DNA of 64,000 nucleotides, from NCBI GenBank assembly GCA_963764165.1, contig CAVXRD010000004.1:224001-288000 (forward strand), in the 5' to 3' direction. The translations under genes were made by a program, and so were the position numbers. Below the pieces are notes generated by a model that was not told the origin of the DNA, did not search any database, and was given only the letters and a program-made list of their open reading frames with translations. Each line of letters starts with the position of its first letter. The first letter of the stretch is position 1. Below are positions 31,101 to 38,349 of the stretch, one piece after another. The DNA is from an uncultured Verrucomicrobiae bacterium. Its GTDB lineage: Bacteria > Verrucomicrobiota > Verrucomicrobiia > Limisphaerales > Palsa-1400.

Positions 31101-31511
31101 GGCGAATTCGTCAGCCCATGTGAGGACATCTTTGCCAGGAATTGTTTGGTCTTCTGCTGTTAGCAACACGCCCGGTTTGACGGCTATCAAACGCGCATTC
31201 AAGACTCGCGCGGAGCCTCGGAGCCGGGAATCCAAAACCAAAAGACCGTCCGCGCTTAGGAGGTGGCCAAGTTTCAGATAGTCACGAGTCGCCACGGCAA
31301 GCTCCTGCTCGCGCAGGACTTTGTTAATTTGATCGCGTTCAAGGACGACAAGATTCGGGGTCTTGGATAATTGGGCCGACAGCGCGTCGGCGGCGGCGGA
31401 CACTTCCTCCTGCTCGGTCACGACGGCGACCCTGCAGGTTCCTCCCGTCTGCGCGCCAGCCGACACGCCGAAAATGGTCATCCACACTAAAATTTTTCCG
31501 ATCAAGCGCAT
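28134..31511 (-). CDS. Large secreted protein with tandem CsgG-like N-terminus (paralog A1)
   Basis: Same N-terminal motifs; shares NExSGN, ExRAGNEE and PRxxGWxWEDRK with the 5524 ORF. Confidence 0.82.
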   Translation of the reverse strand: MRLIGKILVWMTIFGVSAGAQTGGTCRVAVVTEQEEVSAAADALSAQLSKTPNLVVLERDQINKVLREQELAVATRDYLKLGHLLSADGLLVLDSRLRGSARVLNARLIAVKPGVLLTAEDQTIPGKDVLTWADEFARHLAPILPKLFVSASNALPISVVNLRAAVESPAERTLEEELTRLSTELLTRQPEIFVLERSHMQSLTGEHDLAGLDESAFWKGSYLLEGTIDAKGYSPEQVTLSGRMVPPKGGEPIAFELSGNRTNLNELSTNLVAQILKSVTGEASVVSWNAADEARKFESEGAWALKWHLYKAAQSATESAWALGDHSRELAEARLRAYTEPIYSLNEGSGNVLYPMVPEPSQLPWGIRSAALYCDDSALVWTNSANPDFGWFELGVGIAERSLAMLDSFYNGAEFRAGNEELLRSLREETRRLISTLDAQSPPIKTYAGQFKTGVPRKKGVRYDHGIITKFERLQQVKWAQAGLSFEKPGDSLPLYLNMIESGFIPDALPRLAGWKWEDRKTLPQLASQFVDALRKSTNLHSRCCAEYCAYAMTPEDGVGGLEKVETKLASAMWDIRTNLVCEEGYIHTVTELSRTLCMKHAHYYSPYDAEPWGSFWQRLRMFAITDCPKWASAFEATAFDKGSCPLSEEDARKMVPALQARVDKNPADRKMGSHLRNVAAIAKVTPNIPAGPAEPKQAPILDSLPFTAKFDPWKISGAPSRLPLVPKLQRVIFRGDTVWAMCSYVQQGMGVAWKAPCSILKFNTSNGVCEEIEIPSEFGSPGMDFDADSESVFISLNSRLGWYHIADKKWETLPIPSDADGKIVASRGKVYFGNPDELLENDPVACTNSTLVSARRVPALNALDSVWSGKYGIDQAWDGKLCAYSDFSFSVFDAASGSWQSTQIPTNKWRVGVSYFFSTAGVERLSYTISPAQSPQHRLLVSLPESGGGAKIILRQTSGKLPDGVISEFGSGEPEWRCPDGCTMDDPTYVRDGQNLWNYEPRVQRSWSPIGHGDGKIDQDWSASLVRYSPGCATPLRIPVRFERYGQVCDPCQVGFVQPPPGFSVFGEAVPFWRLTPAGAVICSIDSHVGDWLIPSSELNRRWAEFAARNAASSIPAKPTQQAP

Positions 31512-31512
31512 G

Positions 31513-32139
31513 TCACATCGCCTGGCCTGAAATGCTTTTGGCCTCGATCTTCATGGGCTGGCCAGATTCCAATCCGCCGGTGCTGCTCCAAACGAATTGG
31601 TCTCCCGACAAAATAATTCCGCCGCGGGCATCGCAAAGAGTTGTAACCTCGCGGCCGCCGACATTCACTTCCTGGCCGCTAAACGTTACGAATGAACAAC
31701 AGCTTTTCGCATCGCACAAATGCACAAAAAGCGGGGCCGAAGACCGGGTGCTTTCCTGGTCGGACAATACAATGTGCATTCCCTCGGAGTCCTCGATGAT
31801 CGCGCGCACCCGATTTGGAAACATCGAGAGCACCTGCCCTATGACTTTGCCGCTGGCCAAAATATCCTCGGTTGAGTTCGTGGTTGTCGTGCGAGCAACG
31901 GTCGGATAAACCGGCCGCGAATTTCGCTCCATGACGCCAATCCCGACGACGGCCAGCACGCAGGCAGCCGCCGCCGCAACCCAGCCGAACCGCGCCGCCC
32001 AACTCAATTGCGCGCGCGGGACTCGCGGCTCGCGCTTGAGATTGGCGATGACGCTGCGCGAGAACGTTTCCGCTGATTCCTCGGAAACCGGCGGTGTTTT
32101 CGCGTTGCGCAGAATTTTATCAAGTTCGCTGTTATTCAT
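31513..32139 (-). CDS. Single-pass membrane protein, probable anti-sigma factor
   Basis: Overlaps the ECF sigma stop; short cytoplasmic N-terminus, one TM, extracytoplasmic domain. Confidence 0.7.
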   Translation of the reverse strand: MNNSELDKILRNAKTPPVSEESAETFSRSVIANLKREPRVPRAQLSWAARFGWVAAAAACVLAVVGIGVMERNSRPVYPTVARTTTTNSTEDILASGKVIGQVLSMFPNRVRAIIEDSEGMHIVLSDQESTRSSAPLFVHLCDAKSCCSFVTFSGQEVNVGGREVTTLCDARGGIILSGDQFVWSSTGGLESGQPMKIEAKSISGQAM

Positions 32140-32692
32140 GAGTCGCTGATTTCAGCAGCCGTTTCAACTTTCGCCGGGCGGCAAAGATGCGCCAGGAAAC
32201 GGTTGTTTCCGAACAGCCAAGCGCCTTCGCCGCCTCGGCATGGCTTTGATTATGATATACTGTCAGCACGACGGCGGCGCGCTGCTTGGCGGGAAGCTTA
32301 TCAAGCGCCGCCTGCACGCGCCGGGACAACTCATCAGGAAATGCGTCGCCGGCATTTGTCTGAGCGGCCGTTTCGACCGACCATTGCGAATAAATTTCAG
32401 CGCGCCGTTTCTCACGGCGTTTCCAGTCCAGGCTCAAGTTGATGGCAATTTTGCAAAGCCAGGTGGAGAACCTGGCTTCGCCGCCAAAGGAAGCGAGCTG
32501 GCGAAAAGCGCGGATGAACGCTTCTTGCGCCAGTTCCTCGGCGTCGCTCATCGAGCCGGTCATGCGGAATGCCACAGTTCGCACCATGAGTTGATGTTGA
32601 TTGACCAGCGCGGCAAAGGCATCAGCGTCGCCTGCAAGGCTAAGTTCAATCAGCTTGGAATCGTTGTCGCCGGCTGCGCCAATGTGCGCCAT
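32132..32692 (-). CDS. ECF RNA polymerase sigma-70 factor
   Basis: AEELAQEAFIRAF, FSTWLCKIAINL (region 2); LPAKQRAAVVL...EAAKALGCSETTVSWR (region 4). Confidence 0.93.
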   Translation of the reverse strand: MAHIGAAGDNDSKLIELSLAGDADAFAALVNQHQLMVRTVAFRMTGSMSDAEELAQEAFIRAFRQLASFGGEARFSTWLCKIAINLSLDWKRREKRRAEIYSQWSVETAAQTNAGDAFPDELSRRVQAALDKLPAKQRAAVVLTVYHNQSHAEAAKALGCSETTVSWRIFAARRKLKRLLKSATHE

Positions 32693-32900
32693 TTTCAACC
32701 GTGTGACGGGTGTCGCCGGCAAATCCTTTGAAATAAATTTCAACCTTGTTGGTATAGGGGAAAAGACGTTGAATGGGAATACCAACGAATCGGAGGAGAA
32801 AATTGCAGCAGCGCCGTGGGCGCGAAATCTTTTTGGAACAGCGCTCCTCTGAAATCCAAGCCCCGCAGAGGCGATATCTGATTGCGCGGCGGTCGGGCGT

Positions 32901-35900
32901 CTATCGAGGCGGACCGAGAATCTGGGCGACTTTCGCCTTGATTTCCGGTCCGTGCAGATCTCTGGCGACAATTCTGCCCGCCGGGCCAATCAGAAAAACT
33001 GCTGGAATGTCCTGCACGCCATACTTGTCCGGCAAGGCGGTCTTGGTTCGTTCTCCGAGGAATCCTTGGGTCCATTTTATGCCGCGCTCTTCGACAAGTT
33101 TCTGCGCCGTCGCGGGATCGGCGTCGAGGCTTAAACTCAGCATCGCGAAACCCGGCTTTGATCCATACGATTTCCATGTGTCCTCCAAGTCTGCCAGTTC
33201 CGCCACAGACGGACCGCTCGACGCCGCCCAAAAATCGAGAATCAGATACTTGCCGCGGAAATCCCGAAGCCGAAGAGTCCGGCCATCCAGTGTCTTAATT
33301 TCAAAGTCCGGCGCTGGAGGACGAGCGGGCGAGATGGTGGAATTGCCCGTGGAACGAACGACCGACAGTTCCCTGGTTCCCAAGTCGATTGGCTGGTCGA
33401 GAAGCTCCGCCGTGACGGGAGGCACTTCGACAACCTCCGTGATTGTTCCGATGAGCGGCCCGACGCCAAACGACTGCAGCGGCGAATCACGAAATTGAAG
33501 CGACAACACATAATTTCCCGCCTCGACGTCGTCGACACGGAACGAACCATCTGGACCGAATTGAACTCCATAGTATCGCGGAGCGGTGGCGCTGCTTTTG
33601 GAACTGAACAAAGACTCGATGATGGACTTTTGAGGCGGCTGCAAAGTGAGCGAGAAGTAACCCAAATTCCAATCCTTGATGCGGCCTGGCTCACTGGTTG
33701 TCACCTTGCCGATAATGGAGCGGCCTTTTCCACCGTAATTCACATGTGTTACCTCGCCGCTCTTTATTTCAAGCGGCTGGATGTGGCTCCATCCCCACCA
33801 CTGCTTCCCCTGCGGGTAGAGCCTGACCAGGGATTGAGCACCGGGTGGAACGTTGGAAATAACTAGATGGCCTCGGCCATCCGCTTGCGCCTTGTACTGG
33901 TCAAAATTGTATTGCAGGCGCATTCCTTCGCCCGAGGCGGTAACCAGGACCATTTGGTGTGCGGCTGGATGGCTGCCATTTTGAACGGTGCAGTCGAGGA
34001 TGCCCCATGGTTGAAGCGTTAACGCATGTTTTCCCGTGGGCGCCGCCAGCGGGATTTCAGCATAGCCATCGGGGCCGGCCGCGGCGAGGCGCACCGCATA
34101 ATTGGCGGCCAGCGCGAATTTTCCGTCCGCATCCGTGATGGCCACACTGTCGGTTCCGAGCCGGCCAACGGAGGCGGTAATCCGCCCGTCCCTCAATTCC
34201 ATTGCCGTATCGCCGGTGATTAATGCCACTGACACTCCGGCGGCAGGCTTGCCGTCCGCCCGCGTTACGACGCCGGACGGCCCCTCGCCTTTCACGAGTT
34301 CGAAATTATACAACGTTGCGCCAGCGGCCCTTAATTTCGGCGAAGTCTTTGGCAAATAGCCCGACGCCTCCGCCAGGAGCTGAATGGAATCGCCGTCGGT
34401 CTGCTGGTCTTCGATGGCGTAGTGCCCGTTGTCGCCAAGGTTCGAGTGATACCGTTCCCAATTCACCGCCCCGCCTCCATAGTCGCGGCCAATCGTAATT
34501 CGGAATTGTGGAACCGGCTGTTTGGTCTGCGCATCAACAACCGCGCCGCTAAAACGCGAGCCGGCAGCCATGCCGACCCTGAATGAACCGGCCCGCGCGG
34601 GAGCGCTTTTCGCCAGGGCGATCTCACCCGAGTCGCCCGGGGGCAATTCCCGTTTCAGGGGATCAAATCCGTCCTTGCTGAAATAATAGGTGGCGCTTTC
34701 CGCAGGAGCCGCGTTCCAATTAAAGACGCCATTGCTGTCGGTTTGGGTGGACCATTTTGGAAAGGGCGCACCCGACCACGATTGCAGCGCGACGGTGACG
34801 CCCGCCAGCGGCTTTTTGTCGCTGTCAATAATACGGCCTTTAAGAGAATGGCCGGGCGAAAGCTTGACAGTGACCGGCTTGAGGTTCTCATCAAATGTCA
34901 CCGCGTTTGATTTCGGGCCAAAATTTTCCGCGGCCGCAAAGATTGCTCCCTGGCCCGTCGCGGCGATGACGAACCTAAACCGGCCAGCGGAATCTGTGTT
35001 CGTCACTCGGTTGACCGGCAACTCCACCGGCTGCTGGAATAAAACACTGGCTCCAGCCAGCGCTTTTCCTGTGTCATCCGTGACCACCCCAGTGACGACC
35101 GCCGCCGGATTCATCACCATGATTGCGCTCAAGGCAGAGAGGTCCGCTTTCGAAACTTCGCCGGCATTTGGTGGCTCGGAAGTCGCCAACTCATATTGCG
35201 TCGGTCGAAAATCCGGCTGGCTCAACTCGAACGTCACGGATTTGAAGTTCAACGGCAGTCCTCCGTTCGTCCACTTCCCAGCGGCATCCGTGGTGACTTT
35301 TCCAACTTCCACATCGACAAATTCTCCGGCGGCATTGCGCTGGATGGCGGTGAGAGTGACGGTGACGCCGGGAATTGGATTGCCAGCAGGGTCGCGGACG
35401 ATCCCGCCAACGAGCGCCCCCTTCTCCAATTTGGCCAGCCATGAGCCAGGAACATCGTTGTTGGTCCATTCGATTTGCTGCGTCCCGTAACCTGCCGCGC
35501 CGATGCGCAACGCGAGGGTCGGTTGCTCTTTGGCGGCCAGGTTGATTTCACATTGGCCGTTGGTGTCCGATTTCCAATCGCGCGGCGGCAGCGCCAGGTG
35601 CATGGACTTCATTTTGGAAGTTTGAATGTCCGCGCCGATAACAGGCGTTCCGGTGGCGGCGTCCACGACAGTCAAATGCATTTTCCTTGAATCTTTCGGT
35701 CCAGGGCCAGGGCCAAGGCGTGTCATCAGCTCGCGGGTGTTGGAATCCTGCTCCCAATAAAGGTCGGTTTGATAGATGTCGCCGGAATAACTCAAATTCA
35801 AGACGCGCCGGTGCAAATGGCAGCGGAGGATCGGAATCACAGGGCCATACTCCTGCATCTGGATATCCTTCTTGCGCCGCATGGTCAGTTCGACGCCATC

Positions 35901-36317
35901 TTCGTCCTTCTCTCCCGCGTCGGCGTCGCTGAATTCGTAAATGTAGGAGCTGGCCATTTTCGGATCGTAATTGGCCCATAGCGCGGAGCGGTGCGTGCGA
36001 ATTTCTACCGGCGACATCAGAACGCCCGGGTCGGAAAGATATTCCGGAAAGAGATCGGAAAGCCATTTCGGCAAATCGCCGGTTTTCCTTTTGTAAGCCT
36101 GCATCGCGTCGAAGATTTTGCGGAAGTGCTGCTTGTCAATTTCCAGTTCCTGCTCCTCCAGGTTTTGCGAATCGTCGGCGGGCGCTTGCTGCGCGCGAGC
36201 CGGCCAATGGGAAACACAACAAAAACAGATGGCGGCAAGTAGAATGAGCAAACGCGGCGCCCTGCTCCATTTCGATTGTGTGAAGTTCATCGTCATCTTT
36301 TGCGGCATTTGATTCAA
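32901..36317 (-). CDS. Secreted multidomain protein: carboxypeptidase-regulatory-like Ig repeats plus C-terminal TlpA/redoxin fold lacking CxxC
   Basis: GxVxDxxGxPxxGxxV repeats; APDFEIKTLDG...LILDFWAASSGPS...YGVQDIPAVFLIG. Confidence 0.85.
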   Translation of the reverse strand: MNQMPQKMTMNFTQSKWSRAPRLLILLAAICFCCVSHWPARAQQAPADDSQNLEEQELEIDKQHFRKIFDAMQAYKRKTGDLPKWLSDLFPEYLSDPGVLMSPVEIRTHRSALWANYDPKMASSYIYEFSDADAGEKDEDGVELTMRRKKDIQMQEYGPVIPILRCHLHRRVLNLSYSGDIYQTDLYWEQDSNTRELMTRLGPGPGPKDSRKMHLTVVDAATGTPVIGADIQTSKMKSMHLALPPRDWKSDTNGQCEINLAAKEQPTLALRIGAAGYGTQQIEWTNNDVPGSWLAKLEKGALVGGIVRDPAGNPIPGVTVTLTAIQRNAAGEFVDVEVGKVTTDAAGKWTNGGLPLNFKSVTFELSQPDFRPTQYELATSEPPNAGEVSKADLSALSAIMVMNPAAVVTGVVTDDTGKALAGASVLFQQPVELPVNRVTNTDSAGRFRFVIAATGQGAIFAAAENFGPKSNAVTFDENLKPVTVKLSPGHSLKGRIIDSDKKPLAGVTVALQSWSGAPFPKWSTQTDSNGVFNWNAAPAESATYYFSKDGFDPLKRELPPGDSGEIALAKSAPARAGSFRVGMAAGSRFSGAVVDAQTKQPVPQFRITIGRDYGGGAVNWERYHSNLGDNGHYAIEDQQTDGDSIQLLAEASGYLPKTSPKLRAAGATLYNFELVKGEGPSGVVTRADGKPAAGVSVALITGDTAMELRDGRITASVGRLGTDSVAITDADGKFALAANYAVRLAAAGPDGYAEIPLAAPTGKHALTLQPWGILDCTVQNGSHPAAHQMVLVTASGEGMRLQYNFDQYKAQADGRGHLVISNVPPGAQSLVRLYPQGKQWWGWSHIQPLEIKSGEVTHVNYGGKGRSIIGKVTTSEPGRIKDWNLGYFSLTLQPPQKSIIESLFSSKSSATAPRYYGVQFGPDGSFRVDDVEAGNYVLSLQFRDSPLQSFGVGPLIGTITEVVEVPPVTAELLDQPIDLGTRELSVVRSTGNSTISPARPPAPDFEIKTLDGRTLRLRDFRGKYLILDFWAASSGPSVAELADLEDTWKSYGSKPGFAMLSLSLDADPATAQKLVEERGIKWTQGFLGERTKTALPDKYGVQDIPAVFLIGPAGRIVARDLHGPEIKAKVAQILGPPR

Positions 36318-36318
36318 C

Positions 36319-38325
36319 TCACGACATTCCGCGCAGGCGGCGGATACCCCACTCGATTGTCAGCAATCCGATGATGGTTCCCAGGCACCAGGACTTGTCC
36401 CAAACGGGCGACTTCCGGTATTCGACGCTTGAAGGCTTGGAACCGCTCAAGGCCTGGGCCATCGCCGCTGCGTTGTTCGTGCCGGGTGAGAAAACCTGCC
36501 CGCCCGACCAGCGGGAGATCGCAGCCAACGCGTCCGGCTTCACGCGAATGTCGGCCATTTCGCGATCCACGTCCTCGCCGATCAGGATTTGCTGGTCTTC
36601 GGCGGTTTTTCCGTCCGCAAACGCGGCGGTCGCCTGAAGGCGGTATTTCCCGGCGGAAGGCAGCTTAACGCTGGCCTGGTAGCATCGCTGCTCCTCCGAA
36701 TAAATCGCGCGCACCCTTTGCACTTCCGCGGTCTCACTCCACAAATGCAGCGTGACTTCCGCATCGGCTGTTTCCTGGCCGCCGCGATTGGCGGCCCGCA
36801 CCCGCACTGGAATATCCAAATTCGGCGCGCCGTAGGTCTGCGCCACATCGATGCCAACAAGGTCGGCCTCGAAATCAAACCGGTGCGCGGCGAGCCAGCG
36901 GACGGAGTTCAGCCAGAATTGCTTGAAATAGCGGGCGTCGCAATTGGCTTCAGAAATGCGCTGGTTGGGATCTATTTTTTCGCCCCAAATTGTTTCAAAC
37001 CATTCCCCCCACAGGTAAGTCGTGTCCGTTGTCAAAGCCATGGTGCGCCCGCGCCCGACTTCCTGAGTGGCGAGGATGATGGCGGGGCCGTAGTCGGTGC
37101 GGTCGGTGGGATGCTCGAGCAAAACGGTGGCGCCGGGCTTGGCGCGGTCGCATCGGTTGTATCCTTGCAGAGGGGGGAATTTGGTGGTCCAAATCGCGCG
37201 ATTTTCATCGGGATCGCCGCTGATGCGCATGATGGGATGCGCCCAGGCATTGTCCGCCACGCGGGGTTGGAAGGTGTTTTCAGTCAAGTCCGCCTCACGC
37301 TCCATTCCGACGGGAATCAGGTTGTCAATCATCGTGTGCTGGTAGCCGCCCGCGCCAAAAGAGGTGTGGCCGCCCACCATCGCGAAACCGCCGCCGAATT
37401 CCGTGACAAAACGCTCGGTGGCCTTGATCTGCTCAGGGGTGAAATCCGACGTTGCAACGTCGCTGAATATGACAACTTGGTATTTGAGCAGTTCCTCCAG
37501 CGTCCGCGGATAACCCTGGGTGGGGTGCCCGACGCGGTAAATTTTGTCACCGTTCTTCGACACGATCCTTCGCTCCACCAAAACCTTGCCGTCTTTTAGA
37601 ATTCGCAATGGGACGGATTTGCCAGCAAAACCGGAAGATCGCAATTTCACCACAGCCTTCGCCGTCGATTGGCTCAGCAACGCCCGCCGAACTTGAACAT
37701 TTTCCACGACGATGTCCGGCGGCTCGTTTGAACTGCCGATGACGACGGTGTGAACCGGAATTTTCCTTTCGCCAAAGGTCCGGGCGATGGACTCCGCGCT
37801 TTTCATGGAATTGTCTTCCCCGTCCGAAAGAAGAACCACGCTGGCTGGCGCATCCTGGCTGGTCATGGTGGCCAGGTTTTCGAGCGACGTGGCGTAAGCC
37901 GTTTGATTTCCATCAGCCACGACCTTTTCAAGATCGCCGCGATTGCTGAGCGGAAAGGCGTTGCTGTTGAATCCGAAATAGGAAACTTGAAAATTGGGGG
38001 GCGTTTTCAGTTCCTTTTTCAACCAGTCTTGGGCGAGCTTTAACCGGGTGCCCCCCTGCTCTTCCCAGCCCATGCTCCGCGATGTATCCACCATCACCGC
38101 CACGCATGACGGCTGATAGTGGCGGAACTCTTCCACCCGCTCCGGGTCCAGCAGGCAAACAACTAATGAGGCCACGCTGAGCAAACGCAGGGCAAACAAC
38201 GCGAAGCGCCACCCGGCCGCGCTTCCGCCGCGAGCTTTGGCGTAGCTCAAGCCAATCACTCCGACCGCCATCACACTTCCCGCCAGCCACCAGCGCCAAT
38301 CCAGTTTGTAGGAAAATTCGATCAC
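36319..38325 (-). CDS. Membrane-anchored VWA plus glutamine-amidotransferase-like domain protein
   Basis: MIDAS DTSRSM, VLLSDG, FVTEFGGGFAMVGG, GRGRTMA; C-terminal EWGIRRLRG. Confidence 0.85.
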   Translation of the reverse strand: MIEFSYKLDWRWWLAGSVMAVGVIGLSYAKARGGSAAGWRFALFALRLLSVASLVVCLLDPERVEEFRHYQPSCVAVMVDTSRSMGWEEQGGTRLKLAQDWLKKELKTPPNFQVSYFGFNSNAFPLSNRGDLEKVVADGNQTAYATSLENLATMTSQDAPASVVLLSDGEDNSMKSAESIARTFGERKIPVHTVVIGSSNEPPDIVVENVQVRRALLSQSTAKAVVKLRSSGFAGKSVPLRILKDGKVLVERRIVSKNGDKIYRVGHPTQGYPRTLEELLKYQVVIFSDVATSDFTPEQIKATERFVTEFGGGFAMVGGHTSFGAGGYQHTMIDNLIPVGMEREADLTENTFQPRVADNAWAHPIMRISGDPDENRAIWTTKFPPLQGYNRCDRAKPGATVLLEHPTDRTDYGPAIILATQEVGRGRTMALTTDTTYLWGEWFETIWGEKIDPNQRISEANCDARYFKQFWLNSVRWLAAHRFDFEADLVGIDVAQTYGAPNLDIPVRVRAANRGGQETADAEVTLHLWSETAEVQRVRAIYSEEQRCYQASVKLPSAGKYRLQATAAFADGKTAEDQQILIGEDVDREMADIRVKPDALAAISRWSGGQVFSPGTNNAAAMAQALSGSKPSSVEYRKSPVWDKSWCLGTIIGLLTIEWGIRRLRGMS

Positions 38326-38349
38326 GATCTTGCTGACAAACGTGGTACG

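Noticed and set aside
5524..31511. Diversity-generating retroelement or shufflon behind the paralogs
   Set aside because: No reverse transcriptase or invertase; the paralogs are diverged throughout with no near-identical TR/VR pair seen.
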